From a virus: 64,000 nucleotides of DNA. The position numbers and the translations under genes were made by a program. The notes below the pieces were generated by a model that was given only the letters and a program-made list of their open reading frames with translations, had not been told where the DNA came from and did no database searches. The stretch covers positions 1-64,000 of IMG/VR virus record IMGVR_UViG_3300035698_001735; one strand, 5' to 3'. Shown here one piece after another: positions 1-8,578 of the stretch (its first letter is position 1; every line of letters starts with the position of its first letter).

Positions 1-214
1 CATTGGCACCTGTGTCCGCAAACATCTCATGTGTGTATAAATGACGAGCAGCTTCGACCTTAGTCATGGGCTCGTCTAGCTCAATAAGACGAATCTCACT
101 GTGCTCGTTCTTCGATAAAATCTTGACACGCGCCGCCAAGTCATTTGCAAAGCGTACTTTAACTACGCCGTTTAAAGTTGACACGCCAGTTACTGTAAAT
201 GTTTTAGTACTCAT
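1..214 (-). CDS. hypothetical phage protein, runs off window start (MSTKTFTVTGVSTLNGVVKVRFANDL...)
   Basis: ATG at 214 with AAAGG SD and a TTGCAT-N17-TATACT promoter upstream; frame open to position 1; not in ORF track. Confidence 0.7.
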   Translation of the reverse strand, partial: MSTKTFTVTGVSTLNGVVKVRFANDLAARVKILSKNEHSEIRLIELDEPMTKVEAARHLYTHEMFADTGAN

Positions 215-235
215 AATCGTCTACCTTTTAAGTGT

Positions 236-282
236 GTGTGTAAGTGTTAAGTAAGTATAGAGTCTTCAAATAGTAAATGCAA
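236..282 (-). promoter_or_regulatory. sigma70-type early promoter, repeated element copy 1
   Basis: TTGCAT(282-277)-N17-TATACT(259-254) followed by TTAACACTTACACAC. Confidence 0.75.
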
Positions 283-326
283 CAATTATTTAAAAACTTT
301 TTAAGCGTTGCCAACTCTGTGTCGTG

Positions 327-480
327 CAACATGTCAACTATTGTAGTGTCACCAACAAATAATAGCAACACCTCATTTGACTGTTTAATTAAATATCAAT
401 TAAACAAAGTTGCAACCTCTCTGTAACAACATGTCAACTATAGTAATGTCATCAAACAATAATAGCAACACCTCATTTGA
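327..480. repeat. 54-bp direct repeat, 2 copies, 100-bp period
   Basis: 327-380 vs 427-480, 49/54 identical (CAACATGTCAACTA...AATAGCAACACCTCATTTGA). Confidence 0.9.
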
Positions 481-582
481 ACAACAAAAATAAACTACTT
501 ATATAAGCAACACAAAAAAACGCTGGTAGGTAGGTTACTACTATACAACACACTATAAGTCAATGATAGATATAACCATGTA

Positions 583-1140
583 ACACTATAGTAAGAAGAA
601 GAGTATGATACACTATAGTAAGAGGTATGAATGACACTATAGTACAAGGTATGAATGACACTATAGAGTATACACAACTGAGTTAAGCATTGAACACTCA
701 CGATTGTATCCTGAACTGTATCCTGAACTGTATTCAGTAGTGATCGAAGCAAATGATAACTCTAGAACACAATAACGAAGCATATGATGCTGCCGTTGAG
801 CTGTTTTGAAGCATAATGAGCTGAACAGGCCGTTCAATTAACCGCAACTTACTACACCGCACTAAGCATGATCGATACTATAGGCAATCTAAAAATTATT
901 GGAGATGGTTCGAAGTTGGCTAAGCTCAAATACTTTTCGGTTCTCTGAACATGCTTTCACTCTTCTGAACATGCCTTTCACTCTTCTGACGTTGTTCTAC
1001 TGTAGGGTTACTATGATCTACTATAGTGTTGTGGTGACTACTATAGTGTATCATACCTCTTACTATAGTACTGAGTTGTTCTACTATAGTGTGTAATGAA
1101 CCTCTTACTATAGTGTGTAATGAACCTCTTACTATAGTGT
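583..1140. repeat. two inverted clusters of ~20-27-bp ACTATAGT-core repeats (iteron-like; candidate replication origin)
   Basis: ACACTATAG at 583, 610, 634, 658; TACTATAGT at 1019, 1039, 1061, 1082, 1106, 1130; left unit GTATGATACACTATAGTA is the reverse complement of right unit TACTATAGTGTATCATAC. Confidence 0.8.
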
Positions 1141-1589
1141 TATCACCGGCTACTGACTACATGCTTATAGTGCATACACGGGCTAGTGAACTCTTGGTTC
1201 TGCTTGCGTATAGTGTGTCTTACGCACTGTATAAGCTGCGGTTGTTGTTATGCTTGCTAGCGTATAGCGTTAATGTGTTGCTGTTGTTGTGTGCTGTTGT
1301 GTGCGCGTATAGTGCTATGTCGTGCAGCGGGGTCTTGTGTATAGTGTTAAGCACTATAGTAGTTAAAGAGTAAAACGACTGCTGTTATGTATAGTGAAGT
1401 ATAAACAATGTATCGTACTATAGTAACAACAAAGAAATAAGTGGCGATGTCTACATCAATATTGCAATCTCTTTTGAGTCTTTTTTGTCTATTAAGCGCT
1501 TGTTGGTAGGTGAAGTGGCAGCAGAGAAACATGATTACGCATGAAGATATGATGATGACGAATTCAGTTAGTAGCATAGCAGCGGGATC

Positions 1590-1874
1590 TTAGGCAGTAG
1601 TGTTGACAGTAGTGTTGACAGTAGTTGTTAATCGATTGACAAAGTTAATTGGTATCGCACCTAACAATAATATAGTAATATCTCGGTCAATATCAACTAT
1701 TATACTTGGGTTATAATATCTGCCGTTTATCTTTATTACTCGTGTAGTGAGTTCGTTGTTGTCTTGACGCGTGCATAAAATTATGTAAGCATACGGGTGC
1801 CTTATGGGGGACTTGCTGATAACTACAGGGTTACGCCATGCTTTATTAATGTATATAAAAGTATCTGATATCAT
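1590..1874 (-). CDS. paralog-array protein (IYIN..W..PV / DITILLLGAIP family)
   Basis: shares N- and C-terminal motifs with neighbours; 12-bp tandem repeat gives a TTVN-TTVN tail. Confidence 0.75.
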   Translation of the reverse strand: MISDTFIYINKAWRNPVVISKSPIRHPYAYIILCTRQDNNELTTRVIKINGRYYNPSIIVDIDRDITILLLGAIPINFVNRLTTTVNTTVNTTA

Positions 1875-1875
1875 G

Positions 1876-2167
1876 CTACGGCCTATTACGGTTGGTTAGT
1901 TGATCAAGTAAGCCACAAGGTATTGCTCCGAGTTTGAGCATGGTTAGTTGTTGTTCACTACGTCAACAAACCGCGGCATTATACTCAAACACTCAGAGTG
2001 TTTGGTGCGATATAAAAAGACACCACCGTCAACAACTGTTAATATAATAAGAGCATTACTGTACTTTGCATAATTGGAGATAAGGGATTATACATAGTTG
2101 TTACAACAGGCTTGCGCCACTTAGGGTTAATGTATATTATATAGCTTTCATTATCTTCTGGTTTCAT
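1876..2167 (-). pseudogene. frameshifted member of the paralog array
   Basis: MKPEDNESYIIYINPKWRKPVV in one frame, NALIILTVVDGGVFLY in a second, EQQLTMLKLGAIPCGLLDQL in a third segment ending TAG at 1876. Confidence 0.75.
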
Positions 2168-2193
2168 ACGTCGTCCTAGTGATAGTTGTATAG

Positions 2194-2475
2194 CTATTGG
2201 TTAGTTAAGTAATCAATTAAGCCCGGGGGTATTGCTCCGAGACTCAAGATAGTTAACTCGTTGGGCTGAATGTAGAGGTATTCTGGCATAGAGTGCGCGA
2301 CATTTATTGGATCAATGTTGCTGTGTAGATTGCGCATGATCTGATACTTATTGTCTCCGATCTCCATTAGTATAGCTGTTGCAAGAAAGTACATGGAGTA
2401 ATTTGGTCTACGGGTGGGTCCAAAGACTAAAACTGGCGTAGTCCAATTAGTGTTTATGTATATACTAGTTTTCAT
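2194..2475 (-). CDS. paralog-array protein
   Basis: IYINTNWTTPV ... ELTILSLGAIP; AGGAG SD. Confidence 0.8.
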   Translation of the reverse strand: MKTSIYINTNWTTPVLVFGPTRRPNYSMYFLATAILMEIGDNKYQIMRNLHSNIDPINVAHSMPEYLYIQPNELTILSLGAIPPGLIDYLTNQ

Positions 2476-2488
2476 GTAGCTCCTTTGC

Positions 2489-2758
2489 TCAACAGTTGGG
2501 GTAATACCACAAATCGGTTCTGAGTCGCTGCATAAAGTTCTTTGGCAGCCCTCCTAACATTAATATAGTAATGTCCTCGGGATTTACTTCTATTTCCGGT
2601 GGATGTAATTTAGCGCGATGGTTGCATCTTATTACGACAACCTTATCACAAGCAGTTATTCGCAGTACAGTTTCGGCCTCTCTTGCATGCTGATATGATA
2701 TAGGTATAAATTTTACAGGCCGGTTCCAGCTTGTGTTAATGTATAATCGTACATTCAT
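2489..2758 (-). CDS. paralog-array protein
   Basis: LYINTSWNRPV ... DITILMLGGLPK. Confidence 0.8.
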   Translation of the reverse strand: MNVRLYINTSWNRPVKFIPISYQHAREAETVLRITACDKVVVIRCNHRAKLHPPEIEVNPEDITILMLGGLPKNFMQRLRTDLWYYPNC

Positions 2759-3021
2759 ACGTTTGCTGATCCCATTCTGTCTATAAAGCCTTTGGGTAAT
2801 CCTCCTAAAAGTAGCACGGTTAAATCACGCTCCTCGATCCGTAACGGAATACGACTATCCATGTAATTTTGATATTTGTTAATGTGAGTTTCTGCAATGC
2901 CGTTTGAATACACTATGATAAGGACAGTTGCGTCTTTGGCTTTGGGTAAGAACCAAACCCAGTCCCGGATAACCTCGACAGGCCTATCCCAGTCTGGATT
3001 GACATAGATGTGTGTAAACAT
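2755..3021 (-). CDS. paralog-array protein
   Basis: IYVNPDWDRPV ... DLTVLLLGGLPK; TTGACT-N17-TAATAT promoter upstream. Confidence 0.8.
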   Translation of the reverse strand: MFTHIYVNPDWDRPVEVIRDWVWFLPKAKDATVLIIVYSNGIAETHINKYQNYMDSRIPLRIEERDLTVLLLGGLPKGFIDRMGSANV

Positions 3022-3084
3022 TTAAGTCCTTAATTTCTTGTGTATGCTGTATATTAGCTTCTTATGCAAGTAAAGTCAAGAGGT

Positions 3085-3123
3085 AAAAAAGCACCCAAGT
3101 ACCTAATATAATACGGGTGCTTT
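3085..3123. terminator. probable intrinsic terminator
   Basis: AAAAAAGCACCC...GGGTGCTTTT inverted repeat with T runs, downstream of 3148..3540. Confidence 0.55.
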
Positions 3124-3147
3124 ATAGAAATAGCCAGAGGGTAGTTA

Positions 3148-3540
3148 CTAAACTAGGGTACCCTGGGTTTGTGTTATGGCGTCTGCGTATATAGCAAGGA
3201 TTAGCATCTCTTGACTTTCGGTACCCTCGACGTTATCAGACACAGGAGTATGGTCTTTTTCTCCGTACCCATTCCATACGTACAATATCGAGTTGTCTCT
3301 ATTCTCAACGTGTGCTCGTTTCATATCTGGGTGTTTATTTATTACGTCCGCAAACACATCTGCATCGTCGTCGGCAAGCTCTTGCGTGTGTCGGCTATTA
3401 ATTAGTTTTTTAGCTAGCTGAAGTGATTCAGGGCCAAACCGTTTTTCGCTAACCTCGCCCCATGTTTGTTCGCTCATTATGTATGCGCTGACCGGGTATG
3501 CTTGTGTCTCAGTCATTAGCGTGTTGTATATGGATGTCAT
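3148..3540 (-). CDS. hypothetical protein under a late-type promoter
   Basis: 130-aa ORF, AAGGAG SD, TAAATA upstream on minus strand; unrelated to the flanking paralogs. Confidence 0.7.
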   Translation of the reverse strand: MTSIYNTLMTETQAYPVSAYIMSEQTWGEVSEKRFGPESLQLAKKLINSRHTQELADDDADVFADVINKHPDMKRAHVENRDNSILYVWNGYGEKDHTPVSDNVEGTESQEMLILAIYADAITQTQGTLV

Positions 3541-3577
3541 AGATGCTCCTTAAATAGTTTATCTATTTATCATAGTC

Positions 3578-3877
3578 TTAGTAGCTGAGTAATTGTTTAT
3601 GTAGATTAGCTGATACTGACCCTAGCATTAGTAAGGTGATGTCTGGTTGACTAAGCTGTATTACTCCGGTTCCTTTATGCTGGGCTGCGGACAGTCCGGA
3701 GGAATGTATATTATAATGCAAGTAGCAGTTAGCTTCGGTGTTTATTGATATTATAAATTCTGTATTTCTAAAAGCGCTTGAGTTTTCATAGCCCCGATAT
3801 CGTTGTTTTCGGTTACAAGAACGCTCGATCGTAACATACGGCGTATGCTTTGAATTAATATAAAACCAACTAGTCAT
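3578..3877 (-). CDS. paralog-array protein
   Basis: WFYINSK ... DITLLMLGSVS. Confidence 0.75.
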   Translation of the reverse strand: MTSWFYINSKHTPYVTIERSCNRKQRYRGYENSSAFRNTEFIISINTEANCYLHYNIHSSGLSAAQHKGTGVIQLSQPDITLLMLGSVSANLHKQLLSY

Positions 3878-4182
3878 GTTACCGCCTCGTGTTTTAATTT
3901 GCTGATGTCTTTTAAGAAGTTCTTTGGTAGTCCCCCTAATAACATCATGGTAAGGTCGCGTTGTTCTAGTTTGAATGACCCTATGAACGCCAGCTCGCCC
4001 GAGACATTATACACTATTTTCGCATTGCGAATTAGCACATCTATTTCTATTACGTAGACAGCACCTCTGAAACACTTACTGGTTACAAAGGCAAACCGGT
4101 TATTTTCATTGTATAATCTACGATCGAATTGTACCTTAGTAGCGGAGCTTGGATTAATGTATAAGTATGTTTTCAAGGACAT
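3874..4182 (-). CDS. paralog-array protein
   Basis: LYINPSS ... DLTMMLLGGLPK. Confidence 0.8.
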   Translation of the reverse strand: MSLKTYLYINPSSATKVQFDRRLYNENNRFAFVTSKCFRGAVYVIEIDVLIRNAKIVYNVSGELAFIGSFKLEQRDLTMMLLGGLPKNFLKDISKLKHEAVT

Positions 4183-4454
4183 CGGAGTTGCTTCTTTAGG
4201 TTAGGTGTTAGGCCTCCTAATAATAACATAGTTTTATCCTTAGAGTCAAGTTCTAATAGGCCCATCTCGTTAGTAAATCTATTTTTATGTACGTAGCTAG
4301 CCCCGGCATCTCGACGGATTGATATTAATACATCTGCGCGGGTGTAACGTCTAAGGTGCGAAACTTCTATTGTGTTCACGGAATCAATAATAGTAACCTT
4401 TTTATCATCAGAAAGTCTAATGTAAACCCACAGCCGGTTAGTTTCAGGAAACAT
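4173..4454 (-). CDS. paralog-array protein
   Basis: WVYIRL ... HKNRF ... DKTMLLLGGLTP. Confidence 0.75.
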   Translation of the reverse strand: MFPETNRLWVYIRLSDDKKVTIIDSVNTIEVSHLRRYTRADVLISIRRDAGASYVHKNRFTNEMGLLELDSKDKTMLLLGGLTPNLKKQLRCP

Positions 4455-4869
4455 AATACGGGTTTAGCATAATAGGTGTATTGCGGATGCGAGGTATTAA
4501 CGCAGGCGGTATTGCTCCGAGGCGAAGCATAGTTATTTCTTTAGGGTTAACCTCAATACCTCCTATTGCGCCATTGCTTCTATTCTTGTGCAGATATGCA
4601 ATATTGTTTTCGTCGATTGATAATACATAGTCAGAATGCAGCATTGTTTTGTATGGGCTAAATCCATTCAAAGTGCGTCTTGAAATGTCTTCTGGAAACC
4701 TTCGAGGGTCTGACACCATCAATGTACCTTTGGCGGTAACGATCTTAGTGCGCATAATAAAGAACCAAGTGCAGTTGACGTAACTCGGCTCTCTATCTAA
4801 CTTTTTACTACGGAGAATGCCAAGGCGGACCAACGCCTGCCTTATGCTAAATTTCTTGTTGTTATCCAC
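4444..4869 (-). CDS. paralog-array protein with N-terminal extension
   Basis: HKNRSNG ... EITMLRLGAIPP. Confidence 0.75.
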   Translation of the reverse strand: MDNNKKFSIRQALVRLGILRSKKLDREPSYVNCTWFFIMRTKIVTAKGTLMVSDPRRFPEDISRRTLNGFSPYKTMLHSDYVLSIDENNIAYLHKNRSNGAIGGIEVNPKEITMLRLGAIPPALIPRIRNTPIMLNPYYVS

Positions 4870-4887
4870 TTAAGTTCTCGCTTAGTG

Positions 4888-5388
4888 TTATGCTAATCTG
4901 TTTATTGCCAATAGAAGGTTGCTGTACTTTTCCTCCAAACTACTGTACAGTTTATTGTTTTGAATTAACTCTTCTAGATTATAAATTTCACCGCCGTGGC
5001 TAACAACAGTCCCGCCTTTGCCACTGCCAAAATCATCTTCTTTGCACGTTCTCTTCATAGGCAATGGACCTTGCCCTTGGTGAAAAATATTTCTCGCCGG
5101 CCAGTTAGCCCTGTGGTCGTTAATTTCAAAGCAGTTCCTGCCTCGGATGCCTGTTATGACACCTAATATACTTATGGTGTGAGTCTGGTTGTTGTAGGAG
5201 TACACATCGTCACCTATGTCAAAGTCAGACGCACTATTATTTTCTTCGTATGCTGGCCCTTTACCTTCGTGGAACACAACGGATTCATTCCAGTTATAAA
5301 GCTCACCCGCTCGATCCGCAACTCCTATGTTAGCAGCTCCTCCGAGAGTACTGTGTTGGATGCTACCTACTATGCCGGCCATGCGCAC
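4888..5388 (-). CDS. hypothetical protein
   Basis: 166-aa ORF co-oriented with neighbours; start uncertain. Confidence 0.5.
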   Translation of the reverse strand: MRMAGIVGSIQHSTLGGAANIGVADRAGELYNWNESVVFHEGKGPAYEENNSASDFDIGDDVYSYNNQTHTISILGVITGIRGRNCFEINDHRANWPARNIFHQGQGPLPMKRTCKEDDFGSGKGGTVVSHGGEIYNLEELIQNNKLYSSLEEKYSNLLLAINRLA

Positions 5389-5443
5389 GGAGAGGTTTGT
5401 CGGAGACCAAACATATACTGTTGGTCTTCTAAGAATAATTTAG

Positions 5444-5800
5444 TTATACTGTCTGCTCTTCTAGTAAGTGAGTTGCTCTAGCTTGTATTTTTATAAGAGA
5501 AGCTGCGGCGTAGGCTGGATCGTTATGCGATACACTAAATTCAAAGTTGCCGCCGAATCGTCGCAGCAATTCATCTCTTGGGCCACAGAACTGAATTAGC
5601 AAGCTCTCGTCAAGATGCCCGCATGCGCAAGTGACCCAGCGTCCTGCTTCTTGTTTGTCCACTAAAGTAAAGTGCCCGCGTGCCTCGGCATCAATTAACC
5701 TTTCGCCCCAGTACGTGCGATTTAACTTTGCTTCGGTGAGTGTTTCTTTAACTGGTTTCATATTGCTACTCCTGACTATAGTTGTTTTATCGCTCTGCAT
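5444..5800 (-). CDS. hypothetical protein, WVTCACG tandem paralog A
   Basis: ETLT.A.L...WG.R...AE.RG.FT...WVTCACG.LD.SL shared with the next ORF. Confidence 0.75.
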   Translation of the reverse strand: MQSDKTTIVRSSNMKPVKETLTEAKLNRTYWGERLIDAEARGHFTLVDKQEAGRWVTCACGHLDESLLIQFCGPRDELLRRFGGNFEFSVSHNDPAYAAASLIKIQARATHLLEEQTV

Positions 5801-6125
5801 TTGCTAACAGTAACTCAGTAGCACGCTTTTCTATTAATACTAATTGAGTAGCTGCTTTGCGTATATTATTAAATCTAACTAGGTCCTCGAACTTTTCACC
5901 TAGCTGACGCAGTTTACTGTCAATCGGGCCGGGCTCGCCGTTGTTTGCATTGCGTTTGCCCATTAAACTTGCGTCGAGCTTACCACACGCGCAAGTAACC
6001 CAGAAGCTTGCTTCGTCTTCGTCGATATCAGTAAACTGCCCGCGTTGCTCGGCAATCAAAATGCGCCGTCCCCAGTGGCTATTATCTAGGCCTGCCTGGG
6101 TGAGTGTTTCTGTAGCTGTACTCAT
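5787..6125 (-). CDS. hypothetical protein, WVTCACG tandem paralog B
   Basis: clear paralog of 5444..5800; GGAG SD. Confidence 0.8.
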   Translation of the reverse strand: MSTATETLTQAGLDNSHWGRRILIAEQRGQFTDIDEDEASFWVTCACGKLDASLMGKRNANNGEPGPIDSKLRQLGEKFEDLVRFNNIRKAATQLVLIEKRATELLLANAER

Positions 6126-6146
6126 ATAATTTTCTCCGTTAGCTGA

Positions 6147-6557
6147 TTATAGTTTATAGGTTATGGGTAATATGTAGCCAGCGCCGCGTAAGATATTAGA
6201 AGATTTTGTCTTAAGATTTCGAAAAACTGGAACAAATCCTGTTGCTAGTTCATATGCTCGGTTAGCCGTTGCGTTCTTAATTGAGTAAGGTACTTGACTA
6301 TAAGCATACTTTGCATCCCGGGCTCCGTCTAAATAATTAGTACATGCTCCGGCGTGCAGTGCTTGGTTGATTTTGTTAAGCACTGGCAACATTGCTGCTG
6401 GGCTAGTTTTTTTGTCCATAACTTTTAATAGAGGTGTTACTTTACTAAGGCAGCGTTCGGCATTGTTCATCCAAGCAGTATAACTGTCTATGTAAGGATT
6501 TGCTGCGGCAAAGCTAGCGGCTAAGGTTAACGATAATGCTAGAATAATCTTTTTCAT
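6147..6557 (-). CDS. exported protein with signal peptide
   Basis: MKKIILALSLTLAASFAAA-NP signal peptide; own promoter. Confidence 0.7.
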   Translation of the reverse strand: MKKIILALSLTLAASFAAANPYIDSYTAWMNNAERCLSKVTPLLKVMDKKTSPAAMLPVLNKINQALHAGACTNYLDGARDAKYAYSQVPYSIKNATANRAYELATGFVPVFRNLKTKSSNILRGAGYILPITYKL

Positions 6558-6572
6558 AATAGTATCTCTGTT

Positions 6573-6619
6573 TGTGTGTAAGTGTTAACAAGTATACTGT
6601 CTTCAGTTAAGCAATGCAA
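6573..6619 (-). promoter_or_regulatory. repeated early promoter element copy 2
   Basis: TTGCAT(6619-6614)-N17-TATACT(6596-6591); GAAGACAGTATACT.GTTAACACTTACAC. Confidence 0.75.
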
Positions 6620-6627
6620 CTATTACA

Positions 6628-6903
6628 TTAGGGTTTGCGTCTTTCAATATATTGTTTTATGGTAAGGGCGTTATTTTCTTTAAGAAAAGCCTTCTCTAAC
6701 ATTTTTAATTGGTGATTATTTTTAATCTTACCGCCGGAGTTCCAATACCAAGCGTCGTAGGCTCTGGTTATCATCACAACCTCAGTTTTTTTCCAAAACC
6801 AATACCCTGTAGTAACAATCACTCTCGCTTTGTAAGGGGGTCTGTAACAGGGTCTGCCACGATATACCACCATGGGCATCAGCATGAAATTACTTATTTT
6901 CAT
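6628..6903 (-). CDS. hypothetical protein
   Basis: ORF with start overlapping the upstream stop. Confidence 0.55.
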   Translation of the reverse strand: MKISNFMLMPMVVYRGRPCYRPPYKARVIVTTGYWFWKKTEVVMITRAYDAWYWNSGGKIKNNHQLKMLEKAFLKENNALTIKQYIERRKP

Positions 6904-7181
6904 TCTTCAAGCGCTTTGGTTAGTTCTGCTGTTTCTTTTGTTGGTAATCCAAGTGCTTCGGCACGTGCCTTGGCTTCTGCTAAGTCGACCCTAACGTCTG
7001 CAAACATCATACCAGACGAGTAGTCTCCGTCTGAACCAAAGCGCGATATAACAGTTGGGTTGCCATTCTGGTCGCAATGATAAAGGTCTTTGTTTTCGTA
7101 ATTGCCTAAGAATGTGCAATTAGTGCAATCGTGCTCGTGTATCGGAGCGTCGTGCTCGAACCCTATTAAATCATGTAACAT
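6900..7181 (-). CDS. hypothetical protein with HDCxxC motif
   Basis: HEHDCTNCTFLG...DLYHC...RFG; GAGGG SD; own promoter. Confidence 0.65.
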   Translation of the reverse strand: MLHDLIGFEHDAPIHEHDCTNCTFLGNYENKDLYHCDQNGNPTVISRFGSDGDYSSGMMFADVRVDLAEAKARAEALGLPTKETAELTKALEE

Positions 7182-7199
7182 AGCTTGCCCTCTGTGTAT

Positions 7200-7243
7200 T
7201 GTGTAAGTGTTAACAGTATACTGTCTCCAAAGACATAATGCAA
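7200..7243 (-). promoter_or_regulatory. repeated early promoter element copy 3
   Basis: TTGCAT(7243-7238)-N17-TATACT(7220-7215); GGAGACAGTATACTGTTAACACTTACAC. Confidence 0.75.
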
Positions 7244-7277
7244 CTATTACATTAGGGCTTGCAGTTTTCTCTGCATG

Positions 7278-7628
7278 TTACTTATTCTTTTTCCAAAGCT
7301 TAAACTGAGAAGCTAGCCACCATGGGTCTAATCCCCAAAGTCTTATTACGTCGCCTTTGACTGCAACTACGCGATAAATTACGTTTTTGAGTATCACATC
7401 GTCGCCGATCTTAAAGCCACACATGCTGTCTGTGCTTTGGTCATCAATTATCTTTGTTAGTCTGTCATTAATAACAGCTAGGCATCTTCTATGATGCTCG
7501 AAACGCTTAAGCCGACTTCTAAATTTTCTTTCACGCAACACTGCGAGAAAGATACCTAACGCTATGGCTGCCCCCGTCCCTATTACTAAAAGTAGTATCT
7601 CTAAAATTTGGTTTACGGGTGCTAACAT
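7278..7628 (-). CDS. membrane-anchored hypothetical protein
   Basis: N-terminal hydrophobic helix followed by a basic stretch. Confidence 0.6.
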   Translation of the reverse strand: MLAPVNQILEILLLVIGTGAAIALGIFLAVLRERKFRSRLKRFEHHRRCLAVINDRLTKIIDDQSTDSMCGFKIGDDVILKNVIYRVVAVKGDVIRLWGLDPWWLASQFKLWKKNK

Positions 7629-8008
7629 TATAGCTTGCCCGCCTCTATGTCAGTTTCTATTCCTATTGCTAGTGTCCGTAACGCGTTAACTAATACCTCA
7701 GGCTCTCCGCTACGCAGCTCGCAGAAATGCCGCCAATCGTTATCCCAGCCCACGGCAATGCCATAATGATTACCCTCGCCGTCGACTCTACTTTTGACTT
7801 CGATACTTTTAAACCTTACTACCGGCATTTCCTTTATGTCTGTTATTTTAAAATCCTCTAGACCTTGCATCGCCGCTTCGTCCTGGATGTACTCCCTAGC
7901 CTCTTCTTCGCTTTCGGCGTGCGTGTATCGTTCGCCTGTGGTTGTGCACCAGGGTGAATCCATAGTAGCTCTGGTATACTGTATAGTTGCACGGTATCTG
8001 TTTATCAT
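7628..8008 (-). CDS. hypothetical protein
   Basis: 126-aa ORF in a tight operon. Confidence 0.6.
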   Translation of the reverse strand: MINRYRATIQYTRATMDSPWCTTTGERYTHAESEEEAREYIQDEAAMQGLEDFKITDIKEMPVVRFKSIEVKSRVDGEGNHYGIAVGWDNDWRHFCELRSGEPEVLVNALRTLAIGIETDIEAGKL

Positions 8009-8015
8009 TGTTTTT

Positions 8016-8285
8016 CTATCCTTTAGTATAGCGTCGAATATTAAATTTATGTTTTAGCCTTTTCCATAGTCCGCGTTTTGTTTCGACTATGTTGGCGTTC
8101 ATTCTTTTCCACTCAACAGCTAACTTTGTGTAATCGTCGTACTCATTAAAGGTGTACTGGACTTCTACAACATTAAACATTATTGTCGGATTTCGCAAGT
8201 ATCTTCCGCTAGTACTCTTAAACAACTCTTCCCATGTATTAAACTTTTCTATTGGGATATACTCTACAATTTCCATCATTGACAT
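8016..8285 (-). CDS. hypothetical protein
   Basis: 89-aa ORF in operon. Confidence 0.55.
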   Translation of the reverse strand: MSMMEIVEYIPIEKFNTWEELFKSTSGRYLRNPTIMFNVVEVQYTFNEYDDYTKLAVEWKRMNANIVETKRGLWKRLKHKFNIRRYTKG

Positions 8286-8299
8286 CTCTTATGTTAATG

Positions 8300-8515
8300 C
8301 TATACTTGGTAACCTTCGGGATATACTGTTTCCTTAGGCTGATAGTCAGCTGGCGACTTTTGGTTGCAGGAAACACAAGTCATATTAGGTATTATATTAG
8401 CGTGATAAAATGCATCATCATACCCTGTGCCTTCAACTTCGTCGCCGCAGCTTTCGCACTGGTAGATTGCTCTAAAATCTCTGCGGTGTTGGCTTATTAT
8501 TTCTTTAATTTTCAT
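8300..8515 (-). CDS. small zinc-ribbon protein
   Basis: CESC...CVSC pair; HRRDFRA motif. Confidence 0.65.
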   Translation of the reverse strand: MKIKEIISQHRRDFRAIYQCESCGDEVEGTGYDDAFYHANIIPNMTCVSCNQKSPADYQPKETVYPEGYQV

Positions 8516-8578
8516 ATATAATATACTCGAATTAGTTATTGATTGTATCTAGTATTACTGCCTGCTACTCTCCCATTC

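Noticed and set aside
632-667. TGACACTATAG matches the 3' part of the SP6 promoter
   Set aside because: The upstream ATTTAGG is absent, no single-subunit RNA polymerase is in the window, and the word is explained by the ACTATAGT repeat family.
495-1373. track ORFs 495..752, 899..1096 and 1089..1373
   Set aside because: They are translations of the repeats (YYSV, CNEPLTIV) with no SD, so probably spurious.
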